This document shows positions 35,809 through 45,156 of a stretch of 55,959 bases of DNA, in pieces. Position numbers and translations under genes: made by a program. Under the pieces are notes generated by a model, which saw nothing but the letters and a program-made list of their open reading frames with translations, was not told where the DNA came from and did no database searches. The stretch comes from a virus (taxonomy: Duplodnaviria; Caudoviricetes): the IMG/VR virus record IMGVR_UViG_3300036791_000391, positions 1 through 55,959 of that record. One strand, written 5' to 3'. The stretch's first letter is position 1; each line of letters starts with the position of its first letter.

Positions 35809-36155
35809 TGACCTCAACCCCGATCTGCGGGTTCAACTGGAACCCGGGCGAGTGGCCCTACGCGGCGACGTGCTGCCAGGAGGCCGGGCACGACGGCCCG
35901 CACCGAACCCGGAACGGCAAGGAGACTCCCCAGCCGACCAGTACCATGCGCCGGTTCCTGCTGGACCGGCGCGAGGACGTGAGCGGCACCAGCGGGACCG
36001 GGCTCGTCGCGGAGGGTGTGGTCTTCACCGACGGCACGGCGGTGCTGCGCTGGACGGGCTCGAAGTGCTCCACCGTCATCTACGAGAACATTGTGGACCT
36101 GGTCGACGTGCACGGGCACAAGGGTAAGACCAAGGTCCGCTGGCTGGACGACTGA
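35808..36155 (+). CDS. conserved phage hypothetical protein
   Basis: DVSGTSGTGLVAEGVVFTDGTAVLRW..HGHKGKTKV. Confidence 0.7.
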   Translation: MTSTPICGFNWNPGEWPYAATCCQEAGHDGPHRTRNGKETPQPTSTMRRFLLDRREDVSGTSGTGLVAEGVVFTDGTAVLRWTGSKCSTVIYENIVDLVDVHGHKGKTKVRWLDD

Positions 36156-36204
36156 ATCGGCGCGCCTCTCCCGTTCGGCTCGCCGAGGCCGCATGATATG
36201 GGGC

Positions 36205-36375
36205 ATGGCCGAAGCCGAAGAACGGGGTGTGATCAAGCACCCACCCACCGCGCTGACACTGCCCTGCAGCCTGCTGCAGCTTCATAACTGGATGAAGGAC
36301 GCACACATCAGCGCATCCGGCGCAGGAGCAGGCGCTCAGGTGACCGGCACCGCAACAACCCTGAGCGTCGTGTAG
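36205..36375 (+). CDS. small protein (tandem paralog 1)
   Basis: LTLPCSLLQLHNWMK..VTGTATTLSV. Confidence 0.55.
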   Translation: MAEAEERGVIKHPPTALTLPCSLLQLHNWMKDAHISASGAGAGAQVTGTATTLSVV

Positions 36376-36387
36376 GAGGAGTCGGAG

Positions 36388-36561
36388 ATGGCCCAAGCCG
36401 AAGCACCCGAGGAGCAGCTGGTCACCACAGCGACCCCGCTGACCGTGCCCTGCACGCTGCAGCAACTCCGCGCGTGGCTCAAGAGCGTGGACATCGTGAC
36501 ACCGGGCAAGGAGAAGACCGTCACGGTGTCCGCGACCGCCACCTCGATCACGGTCGCCTGA
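36388..36561 (+). CDS. small protein (tandem paralog 2)
   Basis: AGGAGG RBS; LTVPCTLQQLRAWLK..VSATATSITV. Confidence 0.6.
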   Translation: MAQAEAPEEQLVTTATPLTVPCTLQQLRAWLKSVDIVTPGKEKTVTVSATATSITVA

Positions 36562-36597
36562 CCTCTGTAACCAGCGCCACAAGCCCGGTCAACCGGG

Positions 36598-36678
36598 CTA
36601 ATTGGTAGCGCAGTAGAATCCTGTGCTACCTTGGAGCCAAGATCGGCATAGGGCCGATCCCGACTCAAGGAGATTCCA
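36598..36678 (+). promoter_or_regulatory. conserved cassette copy
   Basis: CTAATTGGTAGCGCAGTAGA; TGC-TACCTT; GATCGGC-ATAGG-GCCGATC; CAAGGAGATTC. Confidence 0.85.
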
Positions 36679-36855
36679 ATGCGTCTTTCGCGCCCCAACC
36701 CGGCCCGTGGGCTCGCGCTCGTCGCGACCTGCCCGACCTGCCACAAGGACCGTAGGGTCACGTCGGTCTACGGCGGCAACATCGATGGCATCAAGGGCCG
36801 ATACGCCGTGCTCGCCGTCTGCGGCCACGTCGTCCCCCGGAGCGACGCCCGATGA
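36679..36855 (+). CDS. 58-aa zinc-ribbon protein
   Basis: Manual ORF: CPTC...CGH; cassette RBS. Confidence 0.6.
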   Translation: MRLSRPNPARGLALVATCPTCHKDRRVTSVYGGNIDGIKGRYAVLAVCGHVVPRSDAR

Positions 36856-37284
36856 GCGCATTGGAATGGGCGGCCAAGGACGTTCCCAGTGACACCTTCC
36901 CCGACTGCGTCAGCCACATCGCCTATACCCGGGGCGGCTATCCCGGTCCGTGGTCCTATCTGGACGACATCCCCCGAAGGTGCCCGTGGCTACTACATCA
37001 ACGACTGGACGGACCCGGGCGATGGCGAGCACTTCACCAACCTGCAGATGTCCACCTACCAGCACGACGGCTGGATCAACGCCGAGGGCGACATCGTCCA
37101 TGACGACGACGACCGCGACCCGGAGGTCGAGTGGCAGGAGACGTTCGAGTGGATGGACGTGGGCGCGCAGGTCTTCGAGGGACCGGACAGCCTCGCCGCC
37201 GCCCAGGCCCAGGCTGAGAAGTGGGAGGCCATGGAGGTCGAGAAGTCCTTCCATCGGGACAAGTGGGAGCTGGTGGAGACATGA
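36852..37284 (+). pseudogene. hypothetical gene split by a +1 shift at a C5 run
   Basis: MSALEW..YLDDIP joins EGARGYYIND.. if one C of 36971-36975 is skipped. Confidence 0.55.
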
Positions 37285-37532
37285 AGGCGCTGACCTGGGA
37301 CTCGGCCCCGCAGGGTGACTGGCTAGCCCGCAGCCCGAAGTTCCTCGCGCGGTCGTTCCTGATCCAGGGCCTTGAAGACGGGCGTCGTCAGCTTCTCACG
37401 ATCACCAAGGGCGACGGCCAGGGCTGGGTGCCGCTGGCTACCTACGGCGAGATGGCCGACGCTCAGGACGCCGCCGCGTATTACGACTTCTGGGGACGGC
37501 TGCCCAACCACATCCCGAGGAGCGAATCGTGA
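37281..37532 (+). CDS. hypothetical protein
   Basis: Start MKALTWD, ATGA overlap. Confidence 0.6.
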   Translation: MKALTWDSAPQGDWLARSPKFLARSFLIQGLEDGRRQLLTITKGDGQGWVPLATYGEMADAQDAAAYYDFWGRLPNHIPRSES

Positions 37533-37695
37533 AGATTGAGCTGGAAGTGACCGGTGTGGGCTTGCCTGAATGGTCGGCCCGACAGCAGTTGAGGCCCCGG
37601 GATGACGCATCCAACGATCTCGCCCGAGCCTTAGCGAACGCGGGCGAGCGGATGCTCCACACGATGGGCTTTGAGCATGCAACGGTGGTGCGCGC

Positions 37696-37950
37696 GTGAC
37701 CTTGACGACGAAGACGAGGCTGGAAGCGCTGGCCACCGCCGAGGGCTGGCAGGTCGTGGAGGCGAGCCGGTACACGAGCCGGTTCGCGCGCGACGACGAG
37801 GAGGTCACCGTCGGCTATCAGCTCGGCGTCCGTGAGGGACGACCCGCGCTGAAATGGATCGCCCTGTCCCGCTCGGGCCAGCCCATCGCGCGCTACGGAG
37901 GACGTTCAGGGAACAAGGCCAAGATCGTCACCGACTGGCTGACCCGATGA
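37696..37950 (+). CDS. hypothetical protein
   Basis: Operon packing. Confidence 0.6.
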   Translation: MTLTTKTRLEALATAEGWQVVEASRYTSRFARDDEEVTVGYQLGVREGRPALKWIALSRSGQPIARYGGRSGNKAKIVTDWLTR

Positions 37951-38114
37951 CCCGATTACCCGTGCAGGAATCGGTCTGCCGACATTGCGGGATACCCATC
38001 CGGCTCATGCACGGCTACACCGGAGATCAGTGGTTCCACGTCCCGAAAGTGCCTCAGGCCAAGGCATATCGTGCGTGCCGGGATGTTTACGCCGAACCGA
38101 GTAAGGAGACCTGA
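37947..38114 (+). CDS. small zinc-binding protein (paralog of 6285..6476)
   Basis: CRHCGIPIR..WFH..AYRACRDVYAEP. Confidence 0.65.
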   Translation: MTRLPVQESVCRHCGIPIRLMHGYTGDQWFHVPKVPQAKAYRACRDVYAEPSKET

Positions 38115-38232
38115 TGGGGCTGCGAGAGAAGTGGTCCACCGTGTGGCGGGTCGCGCTCAACATCCTGGCCGCGCTGATCGGCTCCCCGGAGCCGGTGATC
38201 CAGCCCGAGCCCACCGACGACGGGGACCGACC

Positions 38233-38574
38233 GTGAGCGAGTACTACTCCGAGCAAGCGTTTCTGGACGCCTGGCTGCGCGGCGTCCAGATGGCCGGGCC
38301 ACGATGGTTCGGCGACGGCGGTGTCCCGACGATCCCGACCCCAACCAAGTACGACCTGGCCCCGCGCTACGACGACATCATGGCGAACCTGGGCGTGCTC
38401 TCCTCCGGTGAGGCCGCGTTCCTGGTGGCGATGTACAGCTTCTACAACTCGTACGCCGCCGCCGGGATGTGGAAGCTGGCCAGCGCCGCGCCGATGGCGG
38501 GGCTGGCCTCGTGCCTGGACGAGCCGCGCCGCCGGATCATCGCCGATCTGCTCGTCTCCTACGAGGGCTGGTAG
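38233..38574 (+). CDS. hypothetical protein
   Basis: FLDAWLRGV..LSSGEAAFL..SFYN; GTG start. Confidence 0.65.
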   Translation: MSEYYSEQAFLDAWLRGVQMAGPRWFGDGGVPTIPTPTKYDLAPRYDDIMANLGVLSSGEAAFLVAMYSFYNSYAAAGMWKLASAAPMAGLASCLDEPRRRIIADLLVSYEGW

Positions 38575-38708
38575 GCCGGGATGATCGTGCGTTGCCGATT
38601 CTGCGGGATCGAGCGCAAGGAGACCAGCGCGCTGATGATCCGGATGACCGATGGACAGTACCGATGTAAGGGAGCTGTGATGTGCCGACGCAGGGTCCGG
38701 GCGCTGCA

Positions 38709-39080
38709 ATGACCCTCGGGATCATCCAGCCGCCCGGCGTGAGCGGCCCGTTTCAGGACTGCCCGCGCCTGTACTTCACCGACCGTTTCCTGTCCGACCC
38801 GCCGAAGTGGTGCCAGGTGGCGCTGCCGCCGGTCAAGGAGGCGCACGACTGGCTGTCCACGATGTGCGAGTGGGACGACACGACTCACCACCAGCTGATC
38901 GAGCTGGGCTACGACGCGATCCGGCGCAATCTGACGGACTACCAGGGCTGGTTCCTGTGGCCGCGCGGCACCAAGATCATCCACCAGTACCCGCACCATA
39001 AGCGCGCCGTCTGGCTGCTCTCCGGGCTGTACTTCCCGCTCACCCAATCGACCGTGTACGAGGGCAAGTGGCCCGATTGA
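38709..39080 (+). CDS. hypothetical protein, C-terminal WPD family
   Basis: Ends AVWLLSG...YEGKWPD*. Confidence 0.65.
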   Translation: MTLGIIQPPGVSGPFQDCPRLYFTDRFLSDPPKWCQVALPPVKEAHDWLSTMCEWDDTTHHQLIELGYDAIRRNLTDYQGWFLWPRGTKIIHQYPHHKRAVWLLSGLYFPLTQSTVYEGKWPD

Positions 39081-39526
39081 ACGCCGGGTACAGCGGCGAG
39101 GAGTTCGTCGGCTATCTATTCGAGGGCAGCCCGGAACGGCGGCCCCGGCTCTGGTTCCTGGACCGTCACCTGATCAGCCTGACCGTCTGGGGCCAGAGCA
39201 CCCTCCGGCCGGATGGATGCGCGGTGATGACCATCCCGGGGCTGCCGCTGGCCGATATCGACGTGGGCAAGTGGACCGTGAACATCCCGTGGCGGCTGCT
39301 CGACCCGAACAACTACCCACCCGATGACGCCACTGAGGTCGTGCAGATGGTGCTGCCGGGGCTCCACGTCCGATACGACCACGCGGGTGAGGAGCCGTGG
39401 TCGGCGGTGTGGGAGCTGACCGACGTGACCATCCCGAGCGACCTAAGCGACGCTCGGCGCGGATTCGGGGTCACCACGTTCGGGCGCGACGACGACGTGT
39501 GGCGGTTGGGGCTCTGGCCTGACTAG
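39077..39526 (+). CDS. hypothetical protein, C-terminal WPD family
   Basis: Ends AVWELTD...WRLGLWPD*; TTGA overlap. Confidence 0.65.
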   Translation: MNAGYSGEEFVGYLFEGSPERRPRLWFLDRHLISLTVWGQSTLRPDGCAVMTIPGLPLADIDVGKWTVNIPWRLLDPNNYPPDDATEVVQMVLPGLHVRYDHAGEEPWSAVWELTDVTIPSDLSDARRGFGVTTFGRDDDVWRLGLWPD

Positions 39527-39763
39527 CAGCAGCGCTCGACGCCGGGCTGCATGATCGTCCAGCGCGGGCCGAAGTGGAACCAGCGGCCCAGCAGGTAGAC
39601 GTGGACGCGGATGTGCCGGTGAACGAATCTCCTCAGCTTGACGATCACCGGCTCACGGTATCGGCCCGACGGCCCGACACGCCCGACCTATCACCGACTG
39701 TTCATCGTTCCCGCTGTGACCGAGAGCACAGCAAACATTTCGGCATCTCCTCAGCGCAACTGG

Positions 39764-39840
39764 CAATTGCTAGCGCGGTAGACTACTGTGGGCCATAGAC
39801 CCGGCAAGAGGCCAGGTCACGAACCCAAGGAGATTCGCAC
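39764..39840 (+). promoter_or_regulatory. conserved cassette copy
   Basis: CAATTGCTAGCGCGGTAGAC-TACTGT; GACCCGGC-AAGAG-GCCAGGTC; CAAGGAGATTCGCA. Confidence 0.85.
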
Positions 39841-40389
39841 ATGATCCACTCACCGAACCCCGCCCAGCTCGACGAGAACCGCGTCGATTGGGCCCGCAAC
39901 AGCAACGGGATGGTCAAGGCCCTCGTCGTCGTGGGCGACTACCGCGTCACCCTGACCGAGCGCCGCTTCTCGAACGCCAGCGCGCAGGACCGGCGCGAGT
40001 TCTACCAGACCACCCGCGTCTACGGCGCGATCGACGCGCTGGTCCCCGAGTTCGCCGCCGAGGAGCCGTACCAGGGCATCTCGATCCCGTTTGCGCCGGA
40101 GGAGCCGATAGACAAGATGCGCTCGTCGGTGTGGCGCGCGTGGAAGAACGCCACCACCGCCGAGGCCGCCAAGCGGCTCGCGAAGGTGCTCACCCACCTG
40201 TCCAAGTACGACGGCGTGACGGTGGGCGGCGACTCGATCCAGAGCATCAAGTTCAGCCAGAAAGCGGGCTGCACGATGTGCCCGTGCACGCCCGGCTTCG
40301 TGCTCGGCGGGACGGTCCGCAGCGACCGCGACGGCTTCACCGGCTACGGACGCAGCAACCCCGTCGACATCTGGATCGAGGTCGTGTGA
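39841..40389 (+). CDS. hypothetical protein
   Basis: KFSQKAGCTMCPCTPGF motif; consensus RBS. Confidence 0.75.
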   Translation: MIHSPNPAQLDENRVDWARNSNGMVKALVVVGDYRVTLTERRFSNASAQDRREFYQTTRVYGAIDALVPEFAAEEPYQGISIPFAPEEPIDKMRSSVWRAWKNATTAEAAKRLAKVLTHLSKYDGVTVGGDSIQSIKFSQKAGCTMCPCTPGFVLGGTVRSDRDGFTGYGRSNPVDIWIEVV

Positions 40390-40652
40390 TGAGAGTCGGA
40401 GTCGGAGTTGGCCTTGGTCGGTCCCGGGGCCAGGGGAATGTCCTGCACAGCGAAATGGTCGGCACCACGCTGGTCCAGCTGGTCACCGCGCTCACCCGGG
40501 GCACCCTCGGCTACGTGCTCACGGTGGACGGGGCCGAGGTGGGCCACTGGTGGATGTACCAGGCCCCGGACGCCTATCGGGCCTTGGCGCAGTGGCGGGA
40601 GTACCTCGCGCACGGCGGCACCGTCCAGGCATGGCGAGAATCGATCGCCTGA
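40389..40652 (+). CDS. hypothetical protein
   Basis: TGATG coupling. Confidence 0.55.
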   Translation: MRVGVGVGLGRSRGQGNVLHSEMVGTTLVQLVTALTRGTLGYVLTVDGAEVGHWWMYQAPDAYRALAQWREYLAHGGTVQAWRESIA

Positions 40653-40661
40653 CCCGCGTGT

Positions 40662-40743
40662 CACACCCCTGGACTAGCTTCAGGGGCGTGGCCCGGAGGT
40701 CAGGGGCAATCGGCCCCCAACCCCACATATCCGAAAGGCAATC
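40662..40743 (+). promoter_or_regulatory. promoter with alternative dyad plus cassette hairpin
   Basis: CCCCTG..TAGCTT..CAGGGG; GGGGC-AATCG-GCCCC 40703-40717; GAAAGG RBS. Confidence 0.55.
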
Positions 40744-41922
40744 ATGATGAACACATCCCTCCCCACCCTTCCCGAGCGCACCCTGCGCAAGGCGGAACTC
40801 GCCGATCTGGTCGCGCTGCTGGAAGCGCAGCACCGGCAGAAGATCGACCTTGTGGCCCCGCTCTCCTCGATCCGCTACAACGGCGGGCAGATGGAGATCG
40901 GCGCGCTGGACCCCGTCATCGACGAGTCCGGCGTCACCGACGTGAACGGCCTGTACCGGCCCACCCGCACCACGGACTCGCAGCTGGGCGACCAGTTCGG
41001 CATCCCGCTGCGCTACATGGACAAGATGCGCACGGAGCACGTCGCCCTGCTCGACACCAACATCAACGAGTGGGCGGCGCGCGCACCCGAGGGCAAGAAC
41101 GTCCTCATCCGCATGATCTACGGCTCCGACGAGCGTTACCCGGGCACCAGCGGGATCGTGCGGGCCGTCAAGAGCGACCGCTACGGGATCCGGGACAACC
41201 TGGACACCGTGCTCGCCGTGCTCGACGGGATGCGCGAGGCCGGTCTTGAGGCGACCAACTTCGCCGGGGCCGACATCACCGACGACCGGATGTGGTTCCG
41301 CATCTCCGCGCCCGAGATCTTCGTTTCCGCGCCGGAGCTGTTGGAGGGTTACCGTGACCCGCGCACCGGGCGCACGTCCCGCAGCGTCGGCGACGTGGTC
41401 TACGCGGGCGTCCGGGTGGAGAACTCGGAGACCGGCTGGGCCTCGCTCAAGGTCATCCCCGAGATCACGGTACTGGCCTGCACGAACGGCATGACGATCA
41501 ACAAGGCGGCGCACCGCCAGGTACACATGGGCGCCCGGATGGACGAGGGCTCGATCCAGTGGAGCCAGCGCACCCAGGAGGTCGCCAACGAGCTGACGAA
41601 GAACCAGGTCAAGGACGCCATCGCGTCGTTCATGACCACGGACTTCCTCACCAGCGCGGTCGCGGAGATCACCCAAACCGCCATCACCGAGCTGACCAGC
41701 CCGGAGAAGGCGATCGAGGTCGTCGCCAAGAAGCTGAGCTATTCCGACACCGAGAAGGACGGCATCCTGGCCCACTTCATCAAGGGCGGTCAGCTCACGG
41801 CGGGCGGCATCCTGCAGGCCGTCACGTCCTTCGCCCAGGACATCACCGACGTGACCCGGGCGAACGAGTTCGGTGCGACCGGCATCGAGGCGATGGAGCT
41901 GGCAGCGGCCTCCGTGCGCTAG
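40744..41922 (+). CDS. DUF932 family protein
   Basis: RAVKSDRY..DN, VENSETG, LACTNGM, RQVHMG, QAVTSFAQ. Confidence 0.75.
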   Translation: MMNTSLPTLPERTLRKAELADLVALLEAQHRQKIDLVAPLSSIRYNGGQMEIGALDPVIDESGVTDVNGLYRPTRTTDSQLGDQFGIPLRYMDKMRTEHVALLDTNINEWAARAPEGKNVLIRMIYGSDERYPGTSGIVRAVKSDRYGIRDNLDTVLAVLDGMREAGLEATNFAGADITDDRMWFRISAPEIFVSAPELLEGYRDPRTGRTSRSVGDVVYAGVRVENSETGWASLKVIPEITVLACTNGMTINKAAHRQVHMGARMDEGSIQWSQRTQEVANELTKNQVKDAIASFMTTDFLTSAVAEITQTAITELTSPEKAIEVVAKKLSYSDTEKDGILAHFIKGGQLTAGGILQAVTSFAQDITDVTRANEFGATGIEAMELAAASVR

Positions 41923-41935
41923 TCTCCCCCAGCCG

Positions 41936-41976
41936 CCAGCCCCGGGTTGTCCCTCGCTTCCCGGGGCTGGTCTCTG
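41936..41976 (+). terminator. intrinsic terminator
   Basis: CCAGCCCCGGG...CCCGGGGCTGG then TCTCTGT. Confidence 0.7.
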
Positions 41977-42014
41977 TGATCAAGGGCACAGCCGGGTTCC
42001 ACTGTGGGAACGTG

Positions 42015-42089
42015 CTAATTGCTACCGCGCTAGAGTAAGCTCAGGAGGAGCCCGGCAAAAGGCCAGGCCACAGCATCAAGGAGATTCGC
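42015..42089 (+). promoter_or_regulatory. conserved cassette copy
   Basis: CTAATTGCTACCGCGCTAGAG-TAAGCT; GCCCGGC-AAAAG-GCCAGGC; CAAGGAGATTCGC. Confidence 0.85.
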
Positions 42090-42932
42090 ATGAGCTACTA
42101 CGGAAACAGCTTCCAGTGGGGCGGCCCCGTTCGTCCGCGCCGCAACGGCCTGCACGACCGCAACGCCGCGTGGAGGGGCCAGCCGATGACCGACACCCAG
42201 GCCGCGAAGATCGTCAAGGAGCTGGGCCGCCGGGTGATCGAGCCGGTCGTCCGCGACGCGCTGCTCGCCTCCGTGAACTCGGGCGTGACCCGGGACGGTA
42301 ACCCGGCCACCAAGGGGTCCGCGTCGGACCTGATCGACTGGCTGCTCGCCAAGCCGTACACCTCGCGTACCGAGGTCAGCACCAGCGTCACCAAGGACGA
42401 CGAGCCCGTCCGGGTGGAGGGGTTCTACCGCTTCACCGACGGGCGGGTGTTCCGGGTCATGGAGAGCCAGCGCAACCCGGGCCGCTACTTCGCCAAGGTC
42501 GTCACGGCGCACGGCTGGGACTACGCGGGCGGCAGGGGCATGGTCTACCAGCTGACCGCCGAGATGCTGATGACTCCGGAGCAGATCGCCGAGTTCGGCG
42601 TCAACTCCGGGATCTGCGCGAACTGCTCACGTGGGCTTGAGGACCCGATCTCCAAGCACATCGGTTTGGGCACCAAGTGCGGCCCGGCCATCCTCGGGCG
42701 GGACAACTACAACGCCGCCCGCCGGGGCGCGAAGCTGAACCCCACGGTGGCGGAGCAGCTGGCCGCGATCCAGGCCGGGAAGGACGCGCAGCAGGCGCAG
42801 GCTGACCGGTTCGACGTGGACGAGTGGGCCCGGATGAAGGACGAGGCGGCCCGCTACGAGGCCGAGCAGGAGCGCAAGGCCGAGATCGCCAAATGGGAGT
42901 GGAAGCGGTCAGTCGAGAACTGGGACAAGTAA
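42090..42932 (+). CDS. DUF6011 zinc-finger domain protein
   Basis: GICANCSRGLEDPISKHIGLGTKC. Confidence 0.75.
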   Translation: MSYYGNSFQWGGPVRPRRNGLHDRNAAWRGQPMTDTQAAKIVKELGRRVIEPVVRDALLASVNSGVTRDGNPATKGSASDLIDWLLAKPYTSRTEVSTSVTKDDEPVRVEGFYRFTDGRVFRVMESQRNPGRYFAKVVTAHGWDYAGGRGMVYQLTAEMLMTPEQIAEFGVNSGICANCSRGLEDPISKHIGLGTKCGPAILGRDNYNAARRGAKLNPTVAEQLAAIQAGKDAQQAQADRFDVDEWARMKDEAARYEAEQERKAEIAKWEWKRSVENWDK

Positions 42933-43222
42933 GCCACCCCGCGTGCGAAAATCGGAATCGTGAACCTGAAGCAGATCGCCATGTTCGTGGCGCTGTATTT
43001 CCCGATCATGGCTGGTCTATACGACCTGGCATATTTCGCGGTGTACGGACACTGGGCGCCGTGGAAATGAGCGCGGGACCGGACTTTCGTACCAGCAGCA
43101 GCGGTCTGGGGATTACCCCGGGCCGGTTCTCTTTTGCCCGAGTCAGGGTCGGCGCGCCCACGGCAGCAGCTGGGCCAGCGCGATCAGGCCCACCTCGATC
43201 ACCAGGATGATCTCAAAGGTGT

Positions 43223-43846
43223 TCATCGCCGAACTGTATCGTTCTTTGACCACCAGCCATTGGCTCTCAGCTCCTCGTGTCGGCGTGCTTGACCTTTGCC
43301 GGTATTGCACGAATTGCAGCAGGGCTCAAGATTGTCCGGGTCATTGTTGCTGCGGTCATCATCCAAGTGGTCTGCCTGGATTAGCCGAGGATCGGCTTTT
43401 CTCGGGTCCACCACCATCCAAACGATTGTCTTACCGCAGCGGTAACACGGATGGGGCCCGGGGCCGATCTTGTCATAGAGCACCACACGGTGTTCTAGGA
43501 CGGTGCCGTTCTTTGTTGCCAGCGGATGAGCAGGCCGATGAACCCGACGGTACTTCCCGACCGGGGCACCGATGCCCGAGCCCCAAGCTGTCCTCTCGAC
43601 ACTGCCATGACGGTACTTCCGGTGGTAGTGCATCCCGCATAGGACGGAACCCTTGGTCCGAGCTAGCTTCCCGCAGCCATCGACTGAGCACGTCTGCTGG
43701 TCCTTCGGGAGAGCCGGATAGGGAGACCCGTACCGACGTTGATGCTCATAGTGCATCTTGCACATCTCACGAGCGCTCGCGGGCCGATCACAGCCGTCGA
43801 GGCTACAGGTCCCGAGCCGTTTTTTAGGTGGCATGTTCGGGAACAT
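43223..43846 (-). CDS. HNH homing endonuclease
   Basis: Two CSxDGC..CxxHY repeats; EHRVVL; DHLDDDRSNNDPDNLEPCCNSCN. Confidence 0.88.
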   Translation of the reverse strand: MFPNMPPKKRLGTCSLDGCDRPASAREMCKMHYEHQRRYGSPYPALPKDQQTCSVDGCGKLARTKGSVLCGMHYHRKYRHGSVERTAWGSGIGAPVGKYRRVHRPAHPLATKNGTVLEHRVVLYDKIGPGPHPCYRCGKTIVWMVVDPRKADPRLIQADHLDDDRSNNDPDNLEPCCNSCNTGKGQARRHEELRANGWWSKNDTVRR

Positions 43847-43873
43847 ACCCCTATAAGAGTTACAAAACTACTC

Positions 43874-44257
43874 TCACCAAATTTCTGACGGTTCACCCAG
43901 GTCAAGGGCAGGATCATCCGTTCCCCGACGAACATTGCAGTCAACGTGACTTGGTCGGAAGTTGGTGGGGTCCAGCATCAGGTCGGGGCGTTCCTTCACC
44001 GGGATGGCGTGGTCGGTGGAGAACGACAGCGGGTGCGGGTAGCTCAGCCGGTAGTCGATCGGGTCGCCGTCCAGCCAGCAGCGCGCGCCCATGGTCCCGT
44101 CCTTGTTGCGGTGCGTCTTGCATTCCAGCCGGAAACGGGCAACGGCGTCCTGGTACTGGTGAGACGACCGGATGCGTCTAATCTCAGCCGAGCGCAGTTG
44201 GGCGGGCGTGCGGACGACTGGGGCTGTCTCCGGCGTGTCGTCGTAGACATCCGTCAT
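43874..44257 (-). CDS. terminase-associated-type HNH protein (HK97 gp74-like)
   Basis: CWLDGDPIDY..SFSTDHAIPV..PDLMLDPTNFRPSHVDCNVRRG. Confidence 0.8.
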   Translation of the reverse strand: MTDVYDDTPETAPVVRTPAQLRSAEIRRIRSSHQYQDAVARFRLECKTHRNKDGTMGARCWLDGDPIDYRLSYPHPLSFSTDHAIPVKERPDLMLDPTNFRPSHVDCNVRRGTDDPALDLGEPSEIW

Positions 44258-45132
44258 GCGCTGCGCACCACGCGGAGACCGGCGGGCGCGGGCGGCTCCC
44301 ACGTCTTGGTGATCGGCGGCTCCCAGGGCAGCCGCGCCAGGGCCGGGTCGGTGAGGCAGACCGGGGTCGCGTCGGTCGGGGCCGGGAACGCCCACGGGGC
44401 CAGGATGCCCGGCCCGCCGTTGTACGTCACCTGGTCGAACGTCACGTCGTAGATCAGCTGGGTCGTCCCGGGCACCACCTGGGACAGGTTCAGCTCGGGC
44501 TGGTTGGCGTTGAGCTGGAAGCCCTGGGTGTTGTCCATGTCGATCGTGCTCAGCACGCCGTTCCAGATCCGGGCCTGTAGCGGCGGGATGGTGATGGCGG
44601 TGGGCGCCATGATCTGCGGCCCGCCCAGCGAAGTCCCGTCGACGGTGACCTCACAGCCCTGGCCCTGCGCGTTCAGCAGCGTGCTGAATTCGGCGTTCAT
44701 GATCGGGATCTCGGTGCCAGCCAGGTTGCCCGCGAACGCCACCTGGTAGCTCTGCGGGTTGGGGCCGTTCGACACGGTGATGTCGCCCGTCGCGGCCCCG
44801 GCGGCGGCGATCAGCGCGGCCTGCAGCGCGGCGTTGGTCACGTTGTACGGCAGCGCGCTCGTCCAGGTCCCGAGCAGCTGCAGGGTGTACGTGCCCTGGT
44901 TCGGGTTGTTGACGATGTTGACGATCTGCAGCGCGTCGTAGGCGGCCTGGATCAGGTAGTTGTCGACCCAGAACACGGTGCCGATGGGCAGTCTCGGGGT
45001 GAACAGCACCAGCCCGTTGACCGGCTGGATGATGGGCTGATTCTGCGTGCCGGAGACCGACGGGTCGGCCACGGCGAAGTTATCACCGGAGATCGGGAAG
45101 AACACCAGGCTGACGGGCGAGGGCGCGGTCAT
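44254..45132 (-). CDS. virion structural/minor tail-like protein
   Basis: GTYTL..TSALPYN..ALQAAL..GDITVS..YQVAF domain typical of actinophage tail proteins. Confidence 0.6.
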   Translation of the reverse strand: MTAPSPVSLVFFPISGDNFAVADPSVSGTQNQPIIQPVNGLVLFTPRLPIGTVFWVDNYLIQAAYDALQIVNIVNNPNQGTYTLQLLGTWTSALPYNVTNAALQAALIAAAGAATGDITVSNGPNPQSYQVAFAGNLAGTEIPIMNAEFSTLLNAQGQGCEVTVDGTSLGGPQIMAPTAITIPPLQARIWNGVLSTIDMDNTQGFQLNANQPELNLSQVVPGTTQLIYDVTFDQVTYNGGPGILAPWAFPAPTDATPVCLTDPALARLPWEPPITKTWEPPAPAGLRVVRSA

Positions 45133-45156
45133 GCGCCCCATCATCACCCCTGCGGG

